64,000 nucleotides of DNA from Octopus sinensis (lineage: Eukaryota): positions 18,538,001 to 18,602,000 of the forward strand of contig NC_043016.1 of NCBI RefSeq assembly GCF_006345805.1, given 5' to 3'. A model generated the notes under the pieces. That model was given only the letters and a program-made list of their open reading frames with translations, did no database searches and was not told the DNA's origin. Made by a program: the position numbers and the translations under genes. Below, piece by piece: positions 1-13,000 of this stretch. Positions within the stretch are counted from its first letter, which is position 1, and each line of letters starts with the position of its first letter.

Positions 1-210
1 ATATATTATATATATATGTATGCGTGTGTGTGTTTGTGTGTCTGTGTTTGTCCCCCTAGCATGGCTTGATAACCGATGCTGATATGTTTATGTCGGCAAA
101 GAGACCGAAATACGCAAGAGAAATACGGTGCAAGCACACACGCACACGTGCACAAGTACGCAAACACGCATTGCACATGCACACATACACACACATGCAT
201 ATGCATACAT

Positions 211-259
<49 letters not shown>

Positions 260-308
260 AACATATACATACATGTGTGTGTGGTATAATGGTAGTATAT
301 GAACTGGT

Positions 309-436
309 AAAGGCGACGAACTGGCAGTATCGTTAACAAGTCGGGCAAAATAATTAGCGGCATTTCGTCAATCTTAACAATCTGAGTTCAAATTCCGCCG
401 AGGTTGACTTTGCCCTTAATCCTTTCGAGGGCGATT
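309..436 (+). mobile_element. SINE family B, 5' part
   Basis: ggcgacgaactggcag...gagttcaaattccgccgaggttgactttgcc. Confidence 0.75.
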
Positions 437-1257
437 CAATATATGTGTACAGGTGTCGATATAATCTACCTACACTCCTCCGCGAACTTGCTGTCCTTGT
501 GTCAAAATTTGAAAGAGTTTTCCATGAAGATTTTTGCTCGTAGACATACCAAATATTAGGTTGGCACCAGAGGGCTTGCAAATGACGTTGGTGTGAAGGT
601 TGGATTTTGGATAGTATGAATTACTTTTGTTTCAACGGGATTCTGGCACCAAAGTGATTTAACGAAGTATCAAGCGAGATTCTAGTCTATAACATTCTTT
701 CTCTGTCGTGAGGCATTTTACCAGAATAGAACCTATTACTAAAATACTGCACAAGGAAAATTATTGATTTAAAAATCTCTCGCAAAAGCATACTACCGTG
801 TTGTCAGTGCGGTTATCTGAAATGTAGGACAGATAGCAATACTGGTCAAAACTAATGTTATGAATTTCTCTTCATTTAAGTTCATCAAAATTCCTTTACA
901 ATTAATTATAATAATACCGAATAGCATAAATAAGCCGCTAATAAATTTTTCTGTAATATAAGGATGTTCTGCCCTATTCATCCTTTTCGGTATTATTATT
1001 ATTATTATTATTTTTATTATTCGTTTGAAAATAAAACATTTCCATATCTGTATATTTCAATACAACTCGACGCTTCTAAAAAAAGCAAACTTTGTTTGTT
1101 TACATATATCGTAATTCCTTTAAAATTGTTCAATCTTTTTCTTTATTTTATATTATTTACCTTTTAGTAAAATTGTCGCAAATTTCAGATGTTTTAAAAC
1201 TATTTATTTATCTTTCTGTCTCTCCCTCCCTCTCTTTCTTTCTCACTAAACTTGAAG

Positions 1258-1358
1258 TTATCGAATTCGGATAGAAGGAATTTTAATACGTCAAGAATTT
1301 GGTACCGAGATGGAATGTGTGAAACCATCTTTAGGCTCAATTATACGAACAGCTACTG
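1258..1358 (+). CDS. Formin FH2 exon a ([33 protein letters not shown])
   Basis: ttgaag acceptor after a pyrimidine tract; G|gtaagt donor; 101 nt; phase 2 to phase 1. Confidence 0.85.
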
Positions 1359-2092
1359 GTAAGTCCCTTTTTCTTTTTTCCGAATATTGATATTCTGTGT
1401 CAGTAAAAAACTAAATGGATATTTATGTTTTAGATGTTTTTGCACCCTGTAAAAGATATAGACTTAGAAAAATATACTCCGAAAATCTAGTCCAGTATCC
1501 CTCAGCTGAACTAATTCCATTAGCTACACTCAAGATTTCTCCATTCCTTCACAAAGCTTCTACACTTTATCTAGACTGTTAAAGCCGGAATAAGACCACT
1601 GGGCGCAGCTACTTGGACGTTGATGCTTTGGCATGGCTTGTTTTGGTGGTAGTACTTTTTGGCACTAGAGGCAGACAAACAAATGCACAGAACTGTACAT
1701 ATACAGATAGAGAAAGAGAGATGCTACATCTTATTAACTGAACCCAAGTGACATAAACACGTCCCTTTTACTCACACAAAGAGAAATAGATTCACACGAA
1801 TAAAAAGAGAGAACGACTGAAACATTGCAATGTTTAATGCCAATTAAGTATGCCAAAATATGTGCCAGAACGTCTCATACACTTCTATATTTAAGAGATG
1901 AAGAATTATGTACATTATTTATATTATTTACATTTGACGGATATTTGTCTTCATCTTGTTTCTTGTTAACCACAAGGCCATATTCCCTTGGACAAATGGC
2001 GTAGTGGTTAAGAGCGCGGGCTACTAACCCCAAGATTCCGAGTTCGATTCCAGACAGTGACCTGAATAATGATAATAATAATAATAATAATA

Positions 2093-2123
<31 letters not shown>

Positions 2124-3247
2124 TTACAACATCGGAAAATACCTTAGGAATGAGAACCCAGGTTCGAAATTTCCCAAAGACACCTGATTAAAGGCTGGAA
2201 GGTATATCAACCGAAACATGTTAACAACAAACAAGATGAGGACAAATATCCGTCAAATATAAATAATGTCTCATACTCCATAACGCACCCCTGAAAAAAG
2301 TTTCTCTTGTTTACAATGTCTGAGCACTGAAATACTCGAACCTAATGCGTTTCAGCAAAATATTTTCCGTCTGTCATTAACATGTACCAGTAATATATTG
2401 ATTTTAGTTCAGAGTACCATATACGTTTTTGCGGAAACAAAAATGTTTCCGTACAAAGTGAATTTTTATTGCTGCTAATAAGAAAATCGATGGTATCTTG
2501 AGGTTTGTTCGTGTTGATAGGGAGAATGTTTGGCAAACACAAATATATATTTCCAAAATAAGAACGTTTAATTGTTTCCGATAATGGAATGAATTCTGTA
2601 GTCAATAAATGGACATTTATTTTTATGTGGTGGTTGTTCCAAAAGAGGTTTACATTTCCTGTGTGAAATAGCCACAACGTTGTATAACCAGCTACTTAAG
2701 TTTCAGACAAAACGCATTTGGCATTTATTTGAATCAACACAGCTTCCCTGGACCATCGAAATTTAGCTGCTAGAATGCATAATAGCTTGAGATCGAGTTA
2801 ACCATTTGAGGCAAGAGAAACCGGTTCAGGAATGATAACAATGCAATTTAGAGAGTTTCGATTTTATGCGATGCTATCAAATATATTGATGTATTTCCAT
2901 GTCGCATTTCAATTTTTAATTCAACTCATTTACGACTTAGAGACTTGTAGTTTTTTTCGTTTTTTTATTCGTATATACATACTATTTTATAGTGCCAACG
3001 ATAACTTAACAACGAACTATATTGTATTTGCTGTACATGGTGACTAATATATATATATAATTAAAATTATATAACATAGACGCAGGAGTGGCTCCGTGGT
3101 AAGTAGCTTGCTTACCAACCACATGGTTCCGGATTCAGTCCCACTGCGTGGCACCTTGGGCAAGTGTCTTCAACTATAGCCACGGGCCGACCAAAGCCTT
3201 GTGAGTGGATTTGGTAGACAGAAACTGAAAGAATCCCGTCGTGTATA

Positions 3248-3306
<59 letters not shown>

Positions 3307-6300
3307 TTGTGTGTCTGTGTTTGTCTCCCAGAATCACTTGACAACCGATGCTGTGGTGTGTTTACGTGCCCGTAACTTAGCGGTTCGGAAAAAGAGGCCG
3401 ATAGAATAAGAACTAGACTTCCAAAGAATAAGTCCTGGGGTTGATTTGCTCGACTAAAGGCGGTGCTCCAGCATGGCTGCATTCAAATAACTGAAACAAG
3501 TAAAAGAGTAAAAAGTGTAAAAAGTAACCCTTGTACAAGGACAGTTTCATTCGTAGAATTTATTTCAATTTATCGTTTCTATGCGATTGAAATATCTTCA
3601 CTAAATTTTTTCCAAACTTCTGTTTTTGTCGTTTATTTATATTTTCTTTTCCTTTTCGTAGAACGAATACCTTTTTTATATATTTTCCTCTCTAGCATCA
3701 TGTGATTGAATATTGGCTAAGTGAATTATCAAGCTGTAAAATTCTGTTGACTATAACTTAGATATATCAGTATTTTACCACCTTTTTTTCCCCACCAGAT
3801 ATGAAAGAAAATCATGAACTTCGCGAACTTCTTTACATGGTTTTAGTAGCAGGAAATTATCTGAATTCGGTAAGTTAAATTTATTGTTGTATTAATCTGA
3901 GTATATTATATATATATATAATAACAAATTAATAAATAAAACAATGCATATATACATACATATATGTACGCACCTACATCTACATGTATATATAGATGCA
4001 TATATGGGTACAGGACACACAAAAAAAAAACGTCGAACACAATGAGAGAAACGAAAAAAAAATAAACACAAAACCAAGGAAATGGACATTTCTTAAAAAG
4101 AAAAAAATAAAGTACAGGACATACAACTCAAGGAAAATTCCCTTTCTTCAGTCGCCTCTGTTTCAACCACTCCGCGTTTCGAAGGTAAGGCGAGACACGA
4201 CTCCGTTGAAACATTCCTTCCCGCAAAGGCAAATTAATTAAAATTTGAGATTTTTTGGCGGAGGGGTAAAAATGGTAACAAAAACAGGACAGTAATATAT
4301 ATATATATATATATATGCAAATTAAGGGAAGACTACTCCAACATAAAACTTACAGCTTTCTGGTCATCCTAACAATCTTAGCATGCTGAGTCACTGTAGT
4401 CAGACTTCCTAGTCTAAAGAGTGGAATCAGATCGTGCAGACTATAACTTTGAAATTATTAAGTGCAGTCAGAAAAATAAGCCCTGCAGTGTCAAGGATCG
4501 GTTTACGTAACCTCTAGAGGGCGTGATTCTCTTCTGCATGACCTTTGAACACGAAGAAAATGCCATCGTCACCATGTATATGCATATGTGTGTGTGTGTG
4601 TGTGTGTTGTGAGCATATGTATGTAAGCGTTGTGTATACACACGCGTATGCTTATCTTTTGGTGTTGATACAAAATCAAGTACTGGTCTCGAATTCATTG
4701 ACTCGACCTGTCGAAACGATCTTACCAAGTGGATCTATCATAATTTAGCAGCTAGAACGTATAATAGCTTGATACCGAGTTAACCATTCGAGACTAGAGA
4801 TATCGCTTCAGGAAAAATATCGATTTTATCCCAAGCTATCAAATACATTGATGTGATTTCCATGTTATATTTCAATCTTTAATTGCATTCATTTACGATT
4901 AAGCAGAGTAAAATAAGATTCATAGATTTCGCTTTTTTTTTTGTGGCATTTTTCAGTTTTGTTCCAATTGTTTTCAAATTTAGTTATACCGATTTAGTTT
5001 TGTATGCTAATTATCAACAGGAAATTTCCTTTTTGTAATAAATTAATAAATAAAAAGTTGATAGCTTTTAAAGTGTGAAAATTTTGGGTGATTTTAGCCA
5101 ATCGGAAGCCAATATTATACAACCTGATTCAGATCCAGAGTATAAGATTACATTAATATGCCAAATTTGAAAATTTTCACTTAATTCTAAAATTTCCAAA
5201 TCTGTTACAGCCACCGGAAAGATTCAGCAAAAAAAAAAAAAATTTAGTGTGGCATGGTAAAAATACAGAATATTTAAAAAACAAAATAAGATACGATTTA
5301 TATCACTGTAACCATTTGCATGACAGCTGTTTCGAATAATCTAAGCTATTTTAAATGAATTTAAAATATTGCATAAATACTTTTGAGTGTGAATGAAGGA
5401 ACGAAGGCTACCGGGTGGTTTTCCAGATTGTCCATTTCACTTGTATGCCAGTAGTATTTAGTAACATCGTTTGTATATTTCAGGGTAATTATGCAGGAAA
5501 TGCAGCAGGTTTCAAAATGAGCTCCCTCTTAAAAATTACAGAAATTAGGGCCAACAAACCAAGAATGACTTTATTGCATTATGTTGTAATGGTAAATAAA
5601 TTTTCATTTAATCTTTTTATATTTCTCTCTCTCCACCATTAATCTCTATATACCCTTTCTGTTTTCCCGTTAATCTTTTCGCTTACATTCCATTCATTAA
5701 CCCTATTACTCTATCAATTTTCTCTTTCACTGTCTCGAACACATTACGCTTGGAAGATCAATATTATTTTTTTTCTCTCTGAAGATCGTCCAGATTTACC
5801 AGCACTGATAGAATAGGCCTATAACTAAAGATGTTCCAGCTAACCAGCCACCCCTAACCAGTCTAATATTTTTCATACGTATCGTGTATCTAAAATTGTA
5901 TTATCCTTTGAATGAATACGTGCAATGCTTAGAGCAATGTCATTAAAAATGTGGTACCGAAATATTTTTTAAATATTAACCTCGCTTTGATAAATACTTC
6001 AATAACGCTTTGATAATATACAAAGTAATATCTACGTTGCCTTAATAGTATTTCTACCATAGGTACAAGATCTGAAACTGATCGGTTACATGACAGGTAC
6101 TTATTTTATCGACTCCGGAAGAATGAAAAACAAAGTCGACCTCGACAGAATTTGAACTCTGAACGTAAAGATGGACGAAATGCTGCCAAGCATTTTGCCC
6201 AGCGTGCTAACGTTTCCGTCAATCTCACCGCCATTCGTTGCCTTAATATCCTTTCTACTATCGGCACAAGGCCTGCATTTTGTGGAGGAGGTGGGACAGT

Positions 6301-7016
6301 CGATCACATCGACTCCAGTACTCAACTAGTACATAATTTATCAACTCCGAAAGGATGAAAGGCAAAGTCAACCTCGGCGGAATTTGAACTCGGGACGTAG
6401 CGACGGGCGAAACACCGCTAAGCATTTCGTCCAGCGTGCTAACGACTCTGCCAGCTCGCCGCCTTATACCTTAATATCGTTACCTTAATATCGACAAAGC
6501 TTTAATAACTTTTAAAAACATGTTCAATAATACAGTTTTTTTTTTTAATGTGAGCGTATGTACGCAAAGAGACATTCACCAAAGCATGTTCTGAAAATGT
6601 ATACACGCAGTTTACTATCAGCTACTTCCCAACAAGTCAAAGAAAGAGATATGTATGTGTGTATACACGCACACATATTTTATACAGGCATTGACCAGGC
6701 GTGGCCATGTGGTAACAAGTCGTATCCGACAGGTTTTTTTTTTTCAGTTTCAGTCATGAAATCCACTCACAAGACTTTGGTCAGCCTGAGGCTATAGTTG
6801 AAGACACTTGCCCAACGTGTCTAACAGTGGGGTTGGAACCATGTTGTTGAGAAGCAAACTGCTTTCCACATCGTTGGATTTTTTCGTTCTCATTTCCCAT
6901 TGAAATGACAAAAAATATCATCCATCTTTATACTCTGACTCTCTCTCCTTTTCCATCTCCCCCTTTCCCTCTCCGTTCACCATTTCTAATCTAGATCGGT
7001 CTACCATCTATTTTTT

Positions 7017-7073
<57 letters not shown>

Positions 7074-10000
7074 AATAAAAAAAAAGTGAGAAAGAAGAAG
7101 AGATGCAATTGCAGTAAGAATAAATGTTATGTTACAGTGTTAGTGTTAGCATAGTCTTAAAATGGAAGAAGAAGAAGAAGAGTGCGAAGGACTAAATCTT
7201 CCACGGTGCCGACTCTAAAACCCCTAACCCCCCCCCCCCAGCAATTCACTGCACATACAAACCCGCCACACCACCTTACATACATATCCCTTCTCTTACT
7301 GGAACACTAACCCTGATGCCATTGTGCCAGCGCACCCCCTGTTGACAAAACGTGGTACTAATCAAATGCCATACCGGTTTGTGAAGTCCACCAGGCTGGT
7401 CGGTCATATTTACTTTGTTTTGTAGCTTTTATTATTATTATGCTGTTTTTCCTTTTAGTTATTTTGTATTTCTTTTTCCTTTTTTTTTTCTCTTCACTTT
7501 CTTTAGAATGTCTGTTCTTGTTACCTTTTTGTTTTGTTTCGTTTTTAATATTATTATTATTTTTGTTCTTTTTTTTTGCTTGCTTGCTTGCTGCAGTGAT
7601 TATGGGTTGGTGTTATTGCGTTAAGATACTGGACAAAGAACGCTTAGCAGCGTTTCGTTCGTCTTTTGTTATCAGCTCAAATTTTTCTGACGTCGACTTT
7701 GCCTTTCATCCTTTCACGGTCTTTAAAATAAGTACCAATCAAGTACTGGGGTCGATGTAATTGACTAACCAATCCCTCAAAATTTCAGGTTTTGTGCCTG
7801 TAGTAGAAATAATTCATTATTATTATTATTATTATTATTGAGTGAGAGAGCAGTGCATGCCGTGAAAGTGACACTGGGGTAAAATATACGAAGCCCAATA
7901 TACCCATCTGATAAGATACCTGTCTGATAAGAGTACACCAGGTATATGCATCACAACCATATGAGCACGACATGGTGATCTCATATCAAGATAAGCAGCA
8001 CATGACCTTGCAAGTGGGGCCCGGTTAGAATTTGTTCCAGGTCGAATAACCCATCCCACTCAAACGGTCCCTGAATAAGGGTTGTTTAAGGATGTTGAAC
8101 GAAAAACCCATGTTTCCAGAGGTGAGTTATTCAAACCCCAAAGAATCCCTCTCAACACATGGCTATGAGGCTCTCCTACTACTTCTGCTCGTGATCAGAG
8201 ATGCACATATCGTCAGCCACTTAGGGACATGCTCAACTGGTTAAGGTCAAACAACTGACAAGCATATCTCTGGTATTGAGCAGAATATTTGCTGCAGACC
8301 ATCTTTTATACCAAGACAAAACAATGTACATGATAACACTTCCAATCGGTTAAGATCAGAAGCCATGAGAGCCACTGCCTGGTACTGCATCGGGGCATTT
8401 ATTATTATTATTATTATTATTATTAAGGCAGCGAGGTGGTGGGCAAGCGGGCGGTTATTTTGTTGGTTGGTTACTTAGTAAGTTGGCTGGCTGGCTGGCT
8501 GGTTACTTGGTTAGTTACTTAGTTAGTTGGCCGGTTATTTTGTTATTTGGTTACTTAGTTACTCGGCTAGTTACTTTGTTTAGGTTGGTGGATGTAAAAT
8601 AATGCGATTAAAAAGATCTAGGACGAACTCGATAGACTATATTACTTCCTGAAATTACGCTGGATGTGACACATTTTGGTGTCTTCGAAGTTTGGCCACT
8701 CCCTTAAGTATATCTGGGACACTAATTCAAAATATATCAGCTGACGTCAAATATGATATATTAGCCCTATTTTTGGATATTCATTATATGTTTTTATACA
8801 CTGATGTATCAGGAACTTCATTTGCTTAGGCGTAGGAGTGGCTGTGTGGTAAGTAGCTTGCTTACCAACCACATGGTTCTGGGTTCAGTCCCACTGCATG
8901 GCACCCTGGGGGCAAATGTCTTCTACTATAGCCTCGGGCTGACCAAAGCCTTGTGAGTGAATTTGGTAGACGGAAACTGAGAGAAGCCCGTCGTATATAT
9001 GTATATGTATATATGATTGTGTGTGTATATGTTTGTGTGTCTGTGTTTGTTCCCCCAACATCGCTTGACAACCGATGCTGGTGTGTTTACGTGTCCGTAA
9101 CTTAGCGGTTCGGCAAAGAGATCGATAGAATAAGTACTGAGAGCCAAACAACTTACAGCAGTGATGGATTTTCAGCGTGACACAGAATGTGACAAGGTTG
9201 GCTCTTTGAAATATAGGTACTAACTCAGTTTTGTCAGATGAGTGGACCTGAGCAACATGAAATGAAGTGTCTTGCTCAAGAACTCAACGAGCTAGCGGGA
9301 GTCGAACTTACGCCCAAACGATCGCGAGCCGAATACGCTAGCCACCAAGCTACGTGTCTTCATACACACCAAAATAACTTTAAAACATGATAATTTTTTT
9401 GCGGTTCGCTGGTGGTGGTGGAGTGGAGAAGAGCGATAATTAACATGGGTCCATACAATGAGAGTAATGTTTTAGATAAAACAAAGGGACAGAGGGAGAC
9501 AGACAGACAGAAAAAGAGATGAGGATGGTAGAGGGGGGAAATGGTTAAAGATCTGAGAACGATTAAGATAGAGATGACTGAGAATGGCAATATGAGTCTA
9601 AGAGGAAGAGAGATTAAGAAAACAGTCTTTTGCAGCCAGGAAGCCTAATTGCTGATTCCCTGTTTATATGTTGCCCAATTTTCTGATGGTCTGACTGTGA
9701 TAACAGTATATCAGTCTCGGCCTGGCATCCACGACTCGCCAGTTGAGAGATTTTACTTGACAACATGGAAAGTTTGGGAAATTTAACCTTAACTATAAAC
9801 ACAGTGAACAGTTTGGACTCATATTGAATGGAGCAAATGGCGCTCTGAACATGTGGCCCTGGACAGAATACTGTTTTACTGTTGGTAATTATACTTGTAT
9901 CAATAGTTTAGAGAGTAAGATAATTTTATGTAAACTACGGGCCGCAAGAAAATTGCACCAACGGATTTGAACTCCCAAAACGTCAGTTCAATATCCTATC

Positions 10001-13000
10001 AAATAATATTAGTTCCCTTCTCGAAAGATATTTGCTAATAAAAAAAATAATTGGTGGGTGGTGTGTGTGTGTGTGTTTGCGCGCCGCCATTTTGTATTTG
10101 CCGCTCCCACACCATTTGACAACCGGTGTTGTCTGATTACGTCCTCAAAATGAGGCCTATAGAATAAGTTCAAGGCTTAGGGGGAAAATAATTGATTTGC
10201 TTGACTAAATCCTTCAATGCGGTGCCACAGCATGGCCGCAGTCTAATGACTAAAACAAGTAAATGATAAAAAATATATAGGCACAGGAATGTCTGTGTGG
10301 TTTGAAGCTTGCTTCCCAACCCCGTGGTTCTGGGTTCACAAGGTGGCACCTTCGGCAAGTATCTTCTGCTATAGCCTTGGGCTGACCAAAGCAGTGTGAG
10401 TGGATTTGATAGACGGAAACTGAAAAGAAGCCTATCGTATATGTATATTTTGCATGTTTGGGGTATCTTTGTGTCTGTGTTTTGTTTCCCACTCCCCACC
10501 ATCGCTTGACAATCTGTGTCAGCGTTTTCGTCCCTGTAACTTAGTGGTTTGGCAAAAGAGACCGATAGAATAAATACTTGGCTGACGAAATGAATTCTGG
10601 TGTCGATTTGTTTGACTTAAAAACCCTTCAATGTGGTGCCCCAGCATGGCCACAGTCCAATGACTGAAACAAGTAAAAGATAAAAGATATACTGGGATTG
10701 ATTTGTTCAACTAAAACCCTTCAAGGTGGTGCCCCAGCATGGCCACAGTCCAATAACTGAAACAAGTAAAAGATAAAAGATATACTGGGATTGATTTATT
10801 CAACTAAAACCCTTCAAGGTGGTGCCCCAGCATGGCCACAGTTTAATGACTGAAACAAGTAAAAGATAAAAGATATAAAATATGTTTTAAAGAAAATGTT
10901 GTGGCTGAGGAAAGAGATGTTTCTAAAACTAAATTGGAAACTTCCGTTCATCATTGATGTCAAAAGAAGTCCATAAAAGTCGTCGAGAGATAATATCTTC
11001 TATGCAGGGCAGGGAAAATAGCCACAAGGAAATTTATTATCCTAACATCAGTCTTTACTCTTCAGATGTGTGTATATGCGTGTGTGTGTGTCAGTGAGTG
11101 ACTAAAGTAGCGTGTGTGTATATGCATTTATAACCTAAGTTACTCTCACTCAATGTGTAAGGGTTAAATCTGAATACACATCACAGAACATGTTTCAACA
11201 GAGAAACAAACGTACGCGCTTGTTTACGTACGCACGCACGCACGCACGCGCGCACACATTAACTCTCTAAGCATCATAGGAATATAGGATGATATCTATG
11301 ACACTACTTAACGGTATCAATTCCATCAGATTCACAACTGCTAGTGATAGACGTGAACTTTCTAGATAACAATGCCACACACGACGAACCACTGTAGTCG
11401 GCTAGCCCGTGGGTGGAATGTCTGTCTACCAAATAGTAAGTTTTACCAGTAGGAGCAGAATAATTGGAAGTAAAAAAAAAAAGAAAACCTCTTTCCGTTG
11501 ACATCTTAACTAAAATTACTAATCTTACTACGCCACCTTTAACCCTAACCCTTATTCCCTTTAAAGAAATAACAGCTTTTAAGTTAGCCCACGAGACTAA
11601 ATTAGATGACTGTGTTAGTCGATAACTTTAACCTCAGTACTAGGCTGGTTATTTATTTTAATCAAACCCAGAAGGTTGAAAGGCCTTTGCTTTTCTATAA
11701 TGCTGGGTTTATTCAATGGCAGCATTTGAACTCGGAACCCTCTAATGGTTCTGTAAATGCAATGTTCAGATAATAATAATAATAATAATAATTAATTAAT
11801 TAATTAATAATGCCCTGATGCAGTACCAGGCAGTGGCTCTCGTAGCTTCTGATCTTTACTGATTGGAAGTGTTATCATGTACATTGTTTTGTTTTGGTAT
11901 AAAAGATGGGCTACAGCAAATATTCTGCTCAATACCACAGATTTGCTTGTCAGTTGTTTGACCTTAACCAGTTGAGCATGTCCCTTAGTGGCTGACGATA
12001 TGTGCATCTTTGATCACAAGAAGTAGTAGAGGAGCATCGTAGACATGTGTTGAGAGGGATTCTTTGGGGTTTGAATAATTCACCTCTGGAAACATGGGTG
12101 CTTCGTTCAACATCCTTAAACAACCCTTATTCAGGGACCTTTTGAGCAGAATGGGTTACTCGACCAGAAGAAAATTCTAACTGGGCCCCACCTGCAAGGT
12201 CATGTGCTGTTTATCTTGATATGAGATCACCATGTCGCGCACATATGGTTGTGATGCATGTGCCTAGTGTACCCTTATCAGATGGGTAGTCATGATGGGT
12301 ATACTGGGCTTCATATATTTTACACCAGTGTCACTTTGATGGCATGCACTGCTCTCTCACTCAATAATAATAATAATAATAATCCTTTTCACTATAGGCA
12401 CAAGGCCTGAAATTTTGGGAGAGGGGACTAGTCAATTACATTAACCCCAGAACTCAACTGGTACTTAATTTATCATCCCCGAAGGATGAAGGGCGAAGTC
12501 CACCTCGTGCCTTTTAAACCCACAATGTAAAAATGGACGAAATACTACTAAGCGTTTTTCTAGGCGTACTAACTAATCTGCTGGCTCGCCGCTTTAACAA
12601 TGATAATAATCCTTTCTACCAAATGCTGAAGGCCTGAAATATGGCGGAAGATGGACATAATGCCGCTAAACACTCCCCCCGGCGTGCTAACGATTCTGCA
12701 AGTTTATCGCCCTAATAATGATAATAATAGTACGTAATAATAATGTTTCTAACATAGGAACGAATACATACATTTGAAGAAAGGTATTACTTGATTGAAA
12801 CCAACCGTTCTGCTAGTGTAAATCTTTGTGTACGAAGATCGATATAACTATAACGCTGATGACGGCGACGATGATGATGATAATTAAGTTGGATTAGTTA
12901 TTTTAAACTTAATGTTTCTCCTTTTGCAGCAAGCTGAAAAACGAAATCCACGGTTACTCTTGTTTCCGCATCAAATGAAATACTTAAACGAAGCAGCAAA

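Noticed and set aside
1434-1582. Possible alternative terminal exon 75 nt after formin exon a (49 open codons)
   Set aside because: Has an AG acceptor and an open frame, but would truncate FH2 and shows no recognisable similarity; unsupported without transcripts.
1990-2065. Possible tRNA gene (also the heads at 26381, 37068 and 59096)
   Set aside because: A and B boxes are present, but acceptor and anticodon stems do not pair and the sequence continues into repeat bodies; these are SINE heads.
4130-4240. GAAAC...CTGAAGA on the minus strand (also about 49250) as a hammerhead
   Set aside because: Motif order and stems could not be folded into a type I, II or III hammerhead by eye.
10600-10878. 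Regularly spaced repeats resembling a CRISPR array
   Set aside because: No unique spacers, it is a tandem SINE tail, the DNA is eukaryotic, and there are no cas genes.
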